Of a stretch of DNA of 64,000 nt, positions 1 to 10,766 are shown in pieces. The position numbers and the translations under genes were made by a program. Source of the DNA: an uncultured Actinomycetes bacterium (lineage in GTDB: Bacteria; Actinomycetota; UBA4738; JBBDTT01); the NCBI GenBank assembly GCA_963742735.1, contig CAVUMN010000003.1, positions 288,001-352,000 of the forward strand. The letters are read 5' to 3'. The notes beneath the pieces are model-generated. The model was not told the DNA's origin and ran no database searches. It saw nothing but the letters and a program-made list of their open reading frames with translations. Each line of letters opens with the position of its first letter. Position 1 is the first letter of the stretch.

Positions 1-2
1 AT

Positions 3-323
3 TTCACGCTCGACCTCCTGTTCGTCGTTCTGTACGCAGTGGTGGGACCCATCGTGCTGTGGAGGTTCGGACGGGCCCGCTCCGGGACGCCGGACGGGCG
101 GGTTCCGCGACGGATCGGGGTGGCGGCGGTGAGCCTGGTCCTGGGCGGGATGTGCGACGCCGTCGAGAACGTGCTCCTGCTCGGCGCGTCCACCAGCGGG
201 AACCGGGAGGCGGTCGACCTCGCCCACGCCCTGGCGTGGCCCAAGTACGCGTTCGCGGCGGTGGCGCTCGTGCTGGTCCTGGCCGTGCTTCCCGACGCGT
301 GGCGCGAGGCCCGCGGCCGGTGA
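3..323 (+). CDS. hypothetical membrane protein, 5' end outside window
   Basis: Frame is open from the window edge (FTLDLLFVVLYAVVG...); hydrophobic helices; stop overlaps next start (GTGA). Confidence 0.6.
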   Translation, partial: FTLDLLFVVLYAVVGPIVLWRFGRARSGTPDGRVPRRIGVAAVSLVLGGMCDAVENVLLLGASTSGNREAVDLAHALAWPKYAFAAVALVLVLAVLPDAWREARGR

Positions 324-982
324 GCCCGAGGATCTCGCTGGCCGAGGCCACCCGCCAGGTCGCCGGCCGCGATCCGGCGCTCGGGGCGATCATCGAACAG
401 GCCGGTCCGTGCCGGCTGAAGGCGAACCGCGACGAGTCGGGCTTCTTCGCCGAGCTGGTCGAGTCGATCATGTACCAGCAGCTCGCCGGCAAGGCCGCGG
501 CCGCCATCCACGGCAGGTTCGTCGCCGCGATCGGCGGAACGGTGACGCCCGAGGCGGTGCTCCGTACCCCGGAGCCGGCGATCCGGGCCGCTGGGGTGTC
601 GGGGGCCAAGGCCGCGGCCGTCCTCGACCTTGCGGCCAAGGTCTCCGACGGGACGGTCCCGCTCATCGGGATCTCCCGGCTCGGCGACGAGGAGATCGTC
701 GGGCGCCTGACCCAGGTCCGGGGGATCGGGCGGTGGACCGCCGAGATGTTCCTGATGTTCCGGCTCCGCCGGCTGGACGTGTGGCCGGTGGACGATCTGG
801 GTGTGCGCGCGGGGTGGGCGCTGGCCCACGGGCTCGTCGAAACCCCCACCGCGAAGGCGCTCCAGCCGGAGGGCGAGCGGTTCCGCCCGTTCCGGACCGT
901 GGCCGCCTGGTACTGCTGGGAGGCCGTGCACCTGCAGCGCGCGGGATCCCTGGCCAAGCAGGTGGGGCGCTCGGCTCGGTAG
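320..982 (+). CDS. DNA-3-methyladenine glycosylase II (AlkA, HhH-GPD family)
   Basis: SIMYQQL, HhH motif LTQVRGIGRWTAEM, PVDDLGVR, RPFRTVAAWY. Confidence 0.9.
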   Translation: MSPRISLAEATRQVAGRDPALGAIIEQAGPCRLKANRDESGFFAELVESIMYQQLAGKAAAAIHGRFVAAIGGTVTPEAVLRTPEPAIRAAGVSGAKAAAVLDLAAKVSDGTVPLIGISRLGDEEIVGRLTQVRGIGRWTAEMFLMFRLRRLDVWPVDDLGVRAGWALAHGLVETPTAKALQPEGERFRPFRTVAAWYCWEAVHLQRAGSLAKQVGRSAR

Positions 983-1042
983 AAATGTTCCGCAGGTCCC
1001 GATCCGGGTACTTTGTGCGCTGAACACCCAGAAGGAAGGGGA

Positions 1043-2140
1043 ATGCCCGTGAAGTCCGTTCGTCTCGTGCTTCTGTGTGTGGCCGTGACGCTGGCCTCGC
1101 TCGTCGGCCTGGCCTCGCCCGCGTCCGCGGCCACGATCAACGTCGGCCCGGGAGAGTCCATCCAGGCCGCGGTCGACGCGGCGCAGCCCGGCGACACGAT
1201 CGTCGTCGCCGCCGGCACCTACCACGAGAGCGTCGTGATCCGCGAGGACGACCTCACGATCCTGGGAGCCGACGCCAGCCCGTTCGGGACCGTCCTCGAG
1301 CCGCCCGCAAGCCCGCCCAACAACCTGTGCCAGGGCGACGACGGCACGTTCAGCGGCTTCTGCATCCTGGGCGAGCTGCCCGGGGAGGACGAGCCGTTCG
1401 AGCCCGGCGGCCCGGTCGTGCTGAACACCCACATCGACGGTTTCCTGATCCGCGGCTTCTCCTCGTCGGGGCTGTTCGCGTTCCACGCCCGCTTCTCGCG
1501 GTTCTCGAACCTGGTGCTGGAGGACAACGACGAGTACGGGCTCTACGTGAACGACTCGCAGGGCACACGGATCAACAACGTGCTCGCCAGCGGGAGCGAC
1601 GAGGCCGGTCTCTACGTCGGCGACACCGCGAACTCGGCAACGGGGATCGCGGACAGCAACGCGTTCGAGAACGGCACGGGGATCTTCATCCGCGACGCCT
1701 CGCAAGGGCTGATCGACAACGTGACGGTGAGCGACAACTGCACGGGCGTCGTCTTCTTGAACACCGGGCTGCCGAACGGGGTCAACCGGTGGACGCTCCG
1801 CAACAGCACCGTGAGCGAGAACAACGCGGCGTGCGCGGCGACGGCCGAGTCCCCGCCGACCTCCGGCATCGGGATCGCGCTGCTCGGGACGCGCGACGTC
1901 ACGATCATCGACAACCGCGTGAACCGGAACCAGCGGAGCGGCCCGTCGGTGTTCTCCGGGGGGATCATGCTCGCCTCGTCGAAGGACTCTGGCGGATCGA
2001 ACCCGATCCGAAACCGGATCGAGACCAACCTGGCCAAGCGCAACCGGCCGGCGGACCTGATCTGGGACGGTACGGGGAGCGACAACCGGTTCGTGAACAA
2101 CGACTGCAACCGCTCGGCCCCGAAGGGTCTCTGCACCTAG
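1043..2140 (+). CDS. secreted right-handed parallel beta-helix repeat protein (pectin lyase/NosD-like)
   Basis: Signal peptide ending ASA; SIQAAVDAAQPGDTIVVAAGTYHE; repeated N-x-x-G-I beta-helix rungs. Confidence 0.85.
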   Translation: MPVKSVRLVLLCVAVTLASLVGLASPASAATINVGPGESIQAAVDAAQPGDTIVVAAGTYHESVVIREDDLTILGADASPFGTVLEPPASPPNNLCQGDDGTFSGFCILGELPGEDEPFEPGGPVVLNTHIDGFLIRGFSSSGLFAFHARFSRFSNLVLEDNDEYGLYVNDSQGTRINNVLASGSDEAGLYVGDTANSATGIADSNAFENGTGIFIRDASQGLIDNVTVSDNCTGVVFLNTGLPNGVNRWTLRNSTVSENNAACAATAESPPTSGIGIALLGTRDVTIIDNRVNRNQRSGPSVFSGGIMLASSKDSGGSNPIRNRIETNLAKRNRPADLIWDGTGSDNRFVNNDCNRSAPKGLCT

Positions 2141-2200
2141 AGGACGAGGGGGATCTCGAGGGCGGCTCGCGCTTCGCGCGGGCCGTTCTCGCGTTCGGGC

Positions 2201-3025
2201 CTAGCCGAAGCCGCGGGCGTCCTGCTTCAGGGCGGTGTCGACGGACAGGGCCGAGGCGACGACCAGGCTGCGCAGCGGCTCGGCGAGCTCCTCGTGGATC
2301 TGCACGACGTAGTTGTCGGCGGTGGTGAACATCGTCTTGGCGAGGCCCTCCCACGTCTTGGTGATCCGGGCGACCTCCCGCCCCGTCGCGTCCTTGATCG
2401 CGAAGTTCCACGCCCGCCAGTTCTCGGCGTTGATCGAGCCGTGGGTCTGTCCGCCGGCCTCCAGGCCGAATCGGATCTTGCCGATCGCGTTCTGCTGGAC
2501 GATCTGGCCGATCTCCGCGCCGGAGCCGTCCTCGACGATGACCCGGGACTTCACGAGCTTGGCCGGGCGGGTGAGGGACAGCTGCAGGCGGCCCTGCATG
2601 TCCACGATCTGGAGCCGATGGGTCATGTACTGGTCGAGCGAGGTGAGCGCCCGCAGGACCTTCCTGGCCGCGGTCTGGCCGACCTGGCGCACCGCGGCGA
2701 CCTGGTTCCCGTTCCCGTCGTAGACCCCGTACTCGTTGTTCAGCTCGATCAGCTTCAACTTCTGGTTCACGACCAGGACCGGCTCGGTGAACAGCGTGCC
2801 GCCGCCCGTCTGGGGCGCCTGGATCCCCGCCCGGGCGACGTCGCCGACGACCTTCTCGGTCCGGCGGTCCACCGTCGGCACCTGCGCGTCGTAGGTGGGC
2901 GGGTCCAGGAAGGTCTGGCCGCCGCGCGACACGTTCTCGGTCCAGTCGCGGCCGTTCCAGTAGCGGTGCTCGAAGCGGCCGAACGGGTCGCCGTACCAGC
3001 CGGCCTCGGGGGGTGCCTGACTCAT
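2201..3025 (-). CDS. DUF2510 plus scramblase/LURP-one family protein
   Basis: AGWYGDP...RYWNGRDWTE N-terminus; Tubby-like C-terminal barrel (TTADNYVV); TACACT -10 directly upstream of ATG. Confidence 0.8.
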   Translation of the reverse strand: MSQAPPEAGWYGDPFGRFEHRYWNGRDWTENVSRGGQTFLDPPTYDAQVPTVDRRTEKVVGDVARAGIQAPQTGGGTLFTEPVLVVNQKLKLIELNNEYGVYDGNGNQVAAVRQVGQTAARKVLRALTSLDQYMTHRLQIVDMQGRLQLSLTRPAKLVKSRVIVEDGSGAEIGQIVQQNAIGKIRFGLEAGGQTHGSINAENWRAWNFAIKDATGREVARITKTWEGLAKTMFTTADNYVVQIHEELAEPLRSLVVASALSVDTALKQDARGFG

Positions 3026-3097
3026 GCGCCGAGTGTAGCGGGCTCCCGTCCCACGCCCGCCCGATATCCTTCCGGCGCACCGACGACGGAGGTCTCC

Positions 3098-4027
3098 ATG
3101 GGCATGCTGGACGGCAAGGTCGCCGTGATCACGGGGGCGGGGCGGGGGATCGGACGCGGCGAGGCGCTGCTGTTCGCCCGGGAGGGCGCCCGCGTGGTGG
3201 TGAACGACGTGGGCGGCGAGTGGGACGGCACGGGCGCCGACCCCCGGCCCGCCTCCGGCGTCGTCGAGGAGATCGCCGCCGCCGGGGGAGAGGCGGTCGC
3301 GCACTTCGAGGACATCTCCGAGCCCGAGGGCGCGGCGTCGCTCGTGAAGCTCGCGGTCGACACCTGGGGACGACTCGACGCGGTCGTGAACAACGCCGGG
3401 ATCCTGCGCGACAAGATGATCTTCAACATGTCCGTCGAGGAGTGGGACGCGGTCATCAAGGTCCACCTCCGGGGCCATTTCCTGGTGACGCGGGAGGCGT
3501 GCATCCATTGGCGCGGTTTGGCGAAGGCCGGCGAGCCGGCGGCCGGACGGATCGTGAACACGTCCTCGACCTCCGGGCTTCTCGGCAACATCGGGCAGTC
3601 GAACTACGGGGCGGCCAAGTCCGGGATCGCCTCCCTCTCGCAGATCGTCGGGATGGAGATGGGCAAGTACGGGGTGACCTGCAACGCGATCGCGCCGGGC
3701 GCCCGGACCCGGATGACCGAGAAGACGTTCGGCGACCTCTCCGTCCCCGAGGGCCAGTTCGACGCGCTGGCGCCGGAGAACGTCGCCCCTCTGGTGGCCT
3801 TCCTGTGCACCGACGAGGCTCGGGCCATCACCGGGCAGGTGTTCGGGGTCCAGGGCGGGACGATCCAGCTGTATCGGAGCTGGACCGTCGTGAATCAGAT
3901 CGAGAAGGACGATCGGTGGGAGGTCGCCGAGATCGCTGCCCGCGTCGACGAGTTGTTCGGGGAGCGCCCCCGCCAGTACACGGCCAACGTCTCGTCCTTC
4001 CGCGAGTCGATCGGGATCGGCGAGTGA
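3098..4027 (+). CDS. SDR family oxidoreductase
   Basis: TGAGRGIG, NNAGILRD, YGAAK catalytic motif. Confidence 0.95.
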   Translation: MGMLDGKVAVITGAGRGIGRGEALLFAREGARVVVNDVGGEWDGTGADPRPASGVVEEIAAAGGEAVAHFEDISEPEGAASLVKLAVDTWGRLDAVVNNAGILRDKMIFNMSVEEWDAVIKVHLRGHFLVTREACIHWRGLAKAGEPAAGRIVNTSSTSGLLGNIGQSNYGAAKSGIASLSQIVGMEMGKYGVTCNAIAPGARTRMTEKTFGDLSVPEGQFDALAPENVAPLVAFLCTDEARAITGQVFGVQGGTIQLYRSWTVVNQIEKDDRWEVAEIAARVDELFGERPRQYTANVSSFRESIGIGE

Positions 4028-5217
4028 CTCGTCTGTACACCGGCCCGGTCGATCTGTTCGACGGCACGGGCACGAAGGCCGTCAGCAAGCGGGGAGTCCT
4101 CATCGAGGACGGCCGGTTCGCGTGGGTCGGTCCGCACGCCCGCGCCCCGAAGGAGGCTCGCGACGCCGTCCCGCTGGACGTGGAGGGCTTCACGGTCCTG
4201 CCCGGGCTGTTCGACTGCCACGTTCACCTGTGCTTCGACGGCGACGCCGACTTCCTGGCGGAGGCGGCGGTCTCGGAGGCCACCGCCGCGATCAAGGCGT
4301 GCCGGAACGCGGAGCGGCATCTCGGCTCCGGGATCACCACGGTCCGTGACCTGGGGACGATGGGCTCGGTGGCGGTCGACGTCGGCCGCGCGGTCGAGGA
4401 GCACCGGGTCCTCGGCGCGCGGGTGATCGCGTCCGGCCGGGCGTTGACGATCACCGGCGGCCACGGCTGGAGCTCCTTCGCCGAGCAGGTCGACGGGCCC
4501 GAGGGGGTGCGCGCCGGTGTCCGCCGCCAGCTCCGCGCGGGGGCGCGCTCGATCAAGGTGGTGGCCACCGGGGGCGTGCTGACGCCCGGGGTCACCCTGG
4601 ACTTCGTGAGCTTCACCGAGGAGGAGCTGGCGTCCGCCGTCGACGAGGCCCACCGGTGGGGGTTCCCCATCGCCGCCCACGCCCACGGCGAGGAGGGGAT
4701 CGTCCGCGCGACGCGCGCCGGGGTGGACTCGATCGAGCATGGCTCGGTGGCCGGAGCGGCGACCATGAAGCTCCTGGCCGAGCGGGGGACCTTCCACGTG
4801 CCGACGTTCGGCGCCCACGCCGGCATCGTCGATCACCCCGACCAGGTCGCCGCCTACGTCATCGAGAAGGGCCGGCAGATCTTCGAGGTCGCCAAGGCAT
4901 CGTTCCGCCACGCGGTGAAGGCCGGCGTGCGTCACGCCACCGGGACCGACGCGGGCACCCCGTTCAACCGCCACGGCGAGACGCCGATGGAGATCGTGCG
5001 GATGGTCGAGTACGGCCTGCCGGTGGCCACGGCCCTGCTGGCCTCGACCGCGAACGCCGCGGCGCTCTGCCGCGTGGACGACCGCCTGGGAACCATCGAG
5101 CCGGGGAAGGTGGCCGACCTGGTCGCCTACGCCGCGAGCCCGCTGGACGACGTGACGGCCGTGCGCACCCCGGCCGTGGTGGTCAAGGACGGCGCGATCG
5201 CCGTCTGGGCCGACTGA
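4024..5217 (+). CDS. metal-dependent amidohydrolase
   Basis: PGLFDCHVH, AAHAHG, SIEHG, GTDAG, GKVADLV. Confidence 0.9.
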   Translation: MTRLYTGPVDLFDGTGTKAVSKRGVLIEDGRFAWVGPHARAPKEARDAVPLDVEGFTVLPGLFDCHVHLCFDGDADFLAEAAVSEATAAIKACRNAERHLGSGITTVRDLGTMGSVAVDVGRAVEEHRVLGARVIASGRALTITGGHGWSSFAEQVDGPEGVRAGVRRQLRAGARSIKVVATGGVLTPGVTLDFVSFTEEELASAVDEAHRWGFPIAAHAHGEEGIVRATRAGVDSIEHGSVAGAATMKLLAERGTFHVPTFGAHAGIVDHPDQVAAYVIEKGRQIFEVAKASFRHAVKAGVRHATGTDAGTPFNRHGETPMEIVRMVEYGLPVATALLASTANAAALCRVDDRLGTIEPGKVADLVAYAASPLDDVTAVRTPAVVVKDGAIAVWAD

Positions 5218-5255
5218 GTTAATCCGAAGGCCACTTCCGGGCTCTGTACGGGTGA

Positions 5256-5735
5256 GTGCAGGATGCCCGGGTGAGGGAGCGCGTCGCGGACGCCGTCGAG
5301 GAGGCCTACCGGGACCACGCGCCCCGGCTGTGGCGGGCGCTCGTTCTGTACACGGGCGACCCTGAGGTGGCGAGCGACGCGGTAGCGGAGACGTTCGCAC
5401 GAGCCCTCGCGGAGCGGGCGCGGATCCAGGCGCCGGAGCGGTGGATATGGCGGGTCGGGTTCCGGATCGCTGCGCGTGAGCTGAAGCGCCGGGCACGCGA
5501 GGGAGGCGAGATGTTGGAGGCGGCATACGAGATGCCCGAGCCCACCGCAGGCCTGGTCGAGGCCCTGCGAGCGCTCTCGCCGAAGCAGCGCGCCGCGGTG
5601 GTCCTCCACTACTACGCCGACGCGCCGCTGGAGGAGATCGCCCGGACAATCGGCTCGACCCGCTCGGCGGTCGGCGTGCACCTCCATCGTGCCCGGGCAC
5701 GACTGAGAGAACTGCTGGGAGACGCCGATGCCTGA
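5256..5735 (+). CDS. ECF RNA polymerase sigma factor
   Basis: Region 2 (ASDAVAETF) and region 4 (LSPKQRAAVVLHYYAD...VHLHRARARL). Confidence 0.85.
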   Translation: MQDARVRERVADAVEEAYRDHAPRLWRALVLYTGDPEVASDAVAETFARALAERARIQAPERWIWRVGFRIAARELKRRAREGGEMLEAAYEMPEPTAGLVEALRALSPKQRAAVVLHYYADAPLEEIARTIGSTRSAVGVHLHRARARLRELLGDADA

Positions 5736-6288
5736 CGACCTTCGCCATCTCTTTCGCTCGACCGACCGTCTCGACATGCCCGACCTCTGGGACCGTATCC
5801 GCGAATCGGAGCCGAGCCGTCGGCGGGAGTGGCGCCGGCCGGTCACCCTTGTCACCGCCCTCCTGGTTGCGGCGGCGGGGACCACGGCGGCCGCCATCGT
5901 CTTCTCACGGGAGACGCGGCCGGCCGGCGACCCGCATGCGAACGGCCCGCTCGTCTTCGTGGCCCCGGGAGGCAGCAGCGCTCCGGGCGTCAGCAACCTC
6001 GACGTGTTCGCGATCGCGCCCGACGGCTCCGACATCCGCCGCGTGACCGACACGCCCGCGGCGGAACACGTGCTCGGATGGTCCCCGGACGGATCGCTCG
6101 CGCTGGTCGTCCGGGAGTCGGTCGAGTCGAGGGAGGGCGAGTTCGTCGGCGAGCGGGACATCGTCATCATGTCCGCGGACGGCGAGGTCGTGCGCCCCAT
6201 CCCGGACGACGGTCGAGGGGGTCCTAGGCCTCGCCATCGGCGCCCTCGTGCGTCGCCGCGGGTGGCGAGCAGGGGGGCCACGCCGTAG
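5728..6288 (+). pseudogene. putative anti-sigma factor with TolB/PD40 repeat, apparently truncated
   Basis: Overlaps sigma stop; one TM helix; WSPDGS repeat; similarity ends near 6210 after about two propeller blades. Confidence 0.55.
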
Positions 6289-6395
6289 GCGGGGAAGATC
6301 AGGAACAGGGGCCAGGCCTGGTCCGTCACGTCGGCGGCGACCAGGGACCCCGCCCCGGTCACGAACATGAACGCCAGCATGAACCCGATCCGCAT
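6224..6395 (-). CDS. small two-TM membrane protein, 3' end disrupted
   Basis: MRIGFMLAFMFVTGAGSLVAADVTDQAWPLFLIFPAY; no in-frame stop nearby. Confidence 0.4.
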
Positions 6396-6428
6396 CGGCC
6401 CAAGCCTAGCCACAAAGTTCCGGATTGG

Positions 6429-6455
6429 TGTCGAATCCGGGGGATCCCGTTCGTC
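6429..6455 (+). promoter_or_regulatory. ECF42-type promoter TGTCGA-N17-CGTC
   Basis: Matches the ECF42 consensus and sits upstream of the DGPF-DGPF-ECF42 operon. Confidence 0.75.
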
Positions 6456-6500
6456 GTCTGGGTGCGAGGGCGGGAACCGCCCACCTGAAAGGGGGTCCGG

Positions 6501-6863
6501 ATGAAGTACCTGCTCCAGATCTGGGGCGACGAGCGGGAGTTCTTCGAGTCGGGGCCGGAGGGGATCATGCAGATGGTCGAGGAGTACCGCGCCCTCACCG
6601 AGGAGATGCAGGCCGCCGGAGTGTTCCTCCTCGGCGAGGGACTCCAGCCGACGGCGACCGCGACGAGCGTTCAGGTTCGCAACGGGGAGACCACCGTGAC
6701 CGACGGCCCGTTCGCGGAGACCAAGGAGCAGCTCGGCGGGATACTTCTGATCGAGTGCGCCGACCTGGACCAGGCCCTCGAGTGGGCGGCCAGGGTGCCG
6801 GGCGCGCGCGGCGGGACCATCGAGGTCCGGCCGGTGTCCGAGTACGACCAGCAGCAGTCCTGA
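6501..6863 (+). CDS. YciI/DGPF family protein
   Basis: TDGPFAETKEQLGG motif. Confidence 0.93.
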   Translation: MKYLLQIWGDEREFFESGPEGIMQMVEEYRALTEEMQAAGVFLLGEGLQPTATATSVQVRNGETTVTDGPFAETKEQLGGILLIECADLDQALEWAARVPGARGGTIEVRPVSEYDQQQS

Positions 6864-6880
6864 GACGAGAGGAGCACGAG

Positions 6881-7249
6881 ATGGCGAAGTTCATGCTGAC
6901 GATCTTCGACGACGAGTCCGGGTGGGAGACCCTCGCCCCCGAGCAGGCGGAGAAGGCCATCCAGGCCTACCGCGACTACTCCCAGGAGGCCGTGGACAAG
7001 GGTGTCTTCGTGTCCGGCGAGGGGCTCCAGCCGAGTGCGACGGCGAAGACGGTCTCCGCGGAGGGGACGACCGACGGCCCGTTCGCCGAGACGAAGGAGC
7101 AGCTCGGCGGGTTCTACGTGGTGGAGGTGAAGGACGAGGCCGAGGCCATCGACTGGGCGCTGAAGATCCCGAGCGTCGCCCACATGGGCGGCAGGGTCGA
7201 GGTCCGTCCCGTCCAGGAGTTCCCCGCAGGGGTGACCGGCGCCGCGTGA
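6881..7249 (+). CDS. YciI/DGPF family protein
   Basis: TDGPFAETKEQLGGFY; GGAG RBS. Confidence 0.93.
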   Translation: MAKFMLTIFDDESGWETLAPEQAEKAIQAYRDYSQEAVDKGVFVSGEGLQPSATAKTVSAEGTTDGPFAETKEQLGGFYVVEVKDEAEAIDWALKIPSVAHMGGRVEVRPVQEFPAGVTGAA

Positions 7250-8490
7250 GCGATCGGGCGCTCGTCGAACGAGAGGAGGTCGGCCGCCTGTTCCGGCAGG
7301 AGTCGGGACGGGCGGTCGCCACCCTCATCCGCGTCCTCGGTGACTTCGACCTGGCCGAGGAGGCCGTTCAGGAGGCGTTCATGGTCGCCCTGGAGCGGTG
7401 GCCGCGCGAGGGGCTGCCGCGAAACCCCGGCGCGTGGATCACGACCGCCGCGCGGAACAAGGCGGTCGACCGTTTGCGGCGAGAGAAGCGCCTGGCCGAG
7501 AAGGTCGTCGAGCTGGGAGCGCTGGGGCCCGCGGACGACGCGGACCTGAGTGGAGCGGGAGGGGACATGCACGATCCCCGACGACCGGCTCCGGCTGATC
7601 TTCACGTGCTGCCACCCGGCGCTGGCGCCCGAGGCGCGCGTGGCGCTCACGCTCAAGACCCTCGGCGGCCTGTCCACCGGGGAGATCGCGCGGGCGTTCC
7701 TGCTCCCGGAGGCGACGCTGGCCCAGCGCCTGGTGCGGGCCAAGCGCAAGATCCGCGACGCCGCGATCCCGTATCGCGTGCCCGAGGACCACGTCCTGCC
7801 CGAGCGGCTGCACTCGGTGCTGGCGGTCCTGTACCTGATCTTCAACGAGGGCTACTCGGCGAGTGCCGGGGACGCGCTGATCCGCCGGGAGCTCTCGGGC
7901 GAGGCCATCCGGCTGGGGCGGGTCCTGCGTCTCGCTCATGCCGGACGAGCCGGAGGCCATCGGGCTCCTGGCCCTGATGCTCCTGCAGGACTCGCGCCGG
8001 GAGGCGCGGGTCGGCCCGGACGGTGAGCTCGTCCTGCTGGAGGACCAGGACCGCGCGCGGTGGGACCGGGAGGAGATCGCGGCGGGTCTGGGGCTCGCGG
8101 AACGCGCCTGGCGGCTCGCCCCGGCGGGCCCGTACGTCCTGCAGGCGGTGATCGCGTCGGAGCACGCCCGGGCCGCCCGCCCCGGGGACACCGACTGGCG
8201 GCGGATCGCCCGCCTGTACACCGGCCTGTCGGCGGTCCGGCCCTCGCCCGTGGTCGAGCTCAACCGTGCCGTCGCGGTGGCCATGGCCGACGGGCCCGAG
8301 CCGCCGGGCTGGCGCTGATCGACGGGTTGGCCGGCCTGGACGGCTACCACCTGTTCCACTCCGCGCGGGCCGACCTGCTCCGGCGCCTCGGCCGATCCGC
8401 GAGGCGGAGGCCGCGTACCAGCGAGCGCTTGAGCTGGCCTCGAACGAAGTCGAGCGGGCATTCCTCGAACGCCGCCTGAGCGAGGTCGGG
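7246..8490 (+). pseudogene. ECF42 sigma factor with TPR-like C-terminal extension; several frameshifts (probably sequencing errors); end approximate
   Basis: [44 protein letters not shown] and ELNRAVAVA fall in different frames. Confidence 0.85.
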
Positions 8491-8570
8491 GCGCCGCCGA
8501 GATGCGTGGCAGACCTCCTGGGTAGCCTGGTGTCCTGCCGGAACAGTCCAAGGGTCCTGAGGAGGCTCGC

Positions 8571-9560
8571 ATGCAGGCTGCCCTGCTCATCGTGCTTGGA
8601 GTCGTCGCGGCGCTCGCGCTCGCGGCGGTGATGGTGCTCGCCCGACGACGGCGCCGCAGCCCGCAGCGCAGCGCGGTCACGTGCTGGACCCAGTGCTGCA
8701 GGCCGAGCTCCGGGCCCAGGCCGCCCGCTGGACCGCCTGTCGGACGGCCTGAATCAGGCCGGGCTGGGCCAGGAGGCGATGCGGGCCGGCCTGGACCAGA
8801 CCCGGGGGATGCTCGGCGAGCATGCGCGCCCGCGAGCACGAGCGCCGCGTCCACGAGGAGGAGGCCCGGGCGTCAGCCTGCAGCGTCTCGAGGCGACCTT
8901 CCTCGGCGCGGCCAGCCGCGGCCGGGTGGGCGAGAACGTCGTGTGGGAGGCCCTGCAGATGCTGCCGCCCGACATGGTCGACACGAAGTTCCAGGTGAAC
9001 GGCAAGGTGGTCGAGTTCTGCCTGAGCCTGCCGGACGGCCGCCGGCTGCCCGTCGACTCCAAGTGGGCGGCGTGGCCGAGATCGAGGCCCTGGACGCGGC
9101 GCAGCGGCGAGGATCGCGTGCGGCTGGCCAGGGCGGCGAGAAGCTCGTCGCCGACCGGGCGAAGGAGGTCGCGAAGTACCTCGACCCGCGCGCGACCACC
9201 CCTTCGCCGTGGCCGCGGTCCCGACGCCGTCCACGCCGCCTGAAGCGCGCGCACTCGAGGCCCATGCCCGCGGGGTGCTGCTCGTCCCGTACTCGAGCGT
9301 GCTGCCCGCCCTGCTGGCCCTGTACTCGCTGTGCTGCCGGCTGGGCGCCGAGGGCGCGCCGACGTCGGCGGCCTGGTGTCCGAGGTGGGCCCGCCCTGGA
9401 CGGCATCGAGCGCGTCCTGGAGAACTCGGTCGGGAGGCCGGCGAAGATGCCCAGAACGCGGCAGCGGAGATCCGCATGCAGCTGGGCCGCGCACGCGGCG
9501 CACTGGGCCGGGCGCGGATGGCCGAGGAGGAGGTCGCCGCCCCTGCGGGCGGTGGACTGA
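8571..9560 (+). pseudogene. rmuC: DNA recombination protein RmuC, multiple frameshifts
   Basis: N-terminal TM, RGRVGE, LPDGRRLPVDSK and AKEVAKYL fragments across frames. Confidence 0.7.
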
Positions 9561-9958
9561 GCCGGGAATACGCTTCCCCGGGCGTGGAGTTCGAGGACGC
9601 GCTGCGGGAGCTCGGCTTCGTCGCGGTCGAACGAGCGACCCATCGCCCGTGGCTCGCGGATCTACACGGCGCGGCCCAACCGGTACCTGACGTAGTTCGT
9701 CCACACCTACCCGGACGGCGATCGCGCTGTTCACGTTCGAGCTCGCGATCGCGGAGTACCTCGCCACCGTCGGGCCTCCAGGTCGGATCCAGCGAGGAGC
9801 TCAACCAGTTCCTGTATCCACGCAGCGACCAGCGGGGGTCCCAGGACGCCGCCTGGCTCGCCTCGGCGATCGACCACGCCGAGGCGCTGCTGTCTCCGTT
9901 CGCCTGCTGGATCCGAAGGCGCGAGCCGGACGAAACGATGCCCGAGCCCTCAGGCTGA
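9557..9958 (+). CDS. hypothetical protein, probably frameshifted
   Basis: GC3-biased coding-like sequence between rmuC and parA; start uncertain. Confidence 0.4.
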   Translation: MSREYASPGVEFEDALRELGFVAVERATHRPWLADLHGAAQPVPDVVRPHLPGRRSRCSRSSSRSRSTSPPSGLQVGSSEELNQFLYPRSDQRGSQDAAWLASAIDHAEALLSPFACWIRRREPDETMPEPSG

Positions 9959-10010
9959 CTGACAGGACCGGGTTTGCCGACCTCGCCGCGCCGGGCGTAG
10001 AACGCTCGTC

Positions 10011-10766
10011 ATGGCGCAGACGATCGCGGTGGCCAACCAGAAGGGCGGCGTGGCCAAGACCACGACCGTGGCGGCGCTCGGCGCGGCCATGGCCGAGCGC
10101 GGCCGGAACCGTCCTGCTCGTGGACCTCGACCCCCAGGCCTGCCTGACGTACAGCCTGGGGTTCGATCCCGACGAGCTCGACCCGACCATCCACGACGTC
10201 CTGCTCGGCCGGAACAAGTCGACCGACGCGATCCTCGACGTCGAGGACGAGTCGCTCGCCGTTCTCCCCGCGAACATCGACCTGGCCGGCGCGGAGGCCT
10301 ACCTGCTCATGCGCACGGGCCGCGAGTACGCCCTGCGCCAGTCCCTGGAGGCGGCCGAGAGCTACGACGTCATCCTGATCGACTGCCCGCCCTCGCTGGG
10401 CGTTCTCACCATCAACGGCCTCACGGCGGCGGACCAGGTCGTGATCCCCATGCAGTGCGAGGCCCTGTCGCATCGCAGGCGTCGGGCAGCTGCTCGAGAC
10501 CATCGACGACGTGAAGCGCCTGACCAACCACGGACTCGAGGTGCGCGGCATGATCCCCACCATGTTCGACGCGCGGACCAGGCACGGACGCGAGGTGCTC
10601 GAGGACGTCGGATCGCGCTACTCGCTGCCCGATCCTCGAGCCACCCGTCCGCAAGTCGATCAAGTTCGCCGAGGCGCCGCGGGACGGCCACACCATCGTG
10701 CAGTTCTCCCCGACCCACCCCGGCGCGGACGCGTACCGGCCATCGCGGAGGCGCCTCGTGCCGTGA
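10011..10766 (+). pseudogene. ParA/Soj family ATPase, frameshifted
   Basis: ANQKGGVAKTT, DLDPQ, IDCPPSLG and PTMFDART in shifting frames. Confidence 0.85.
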
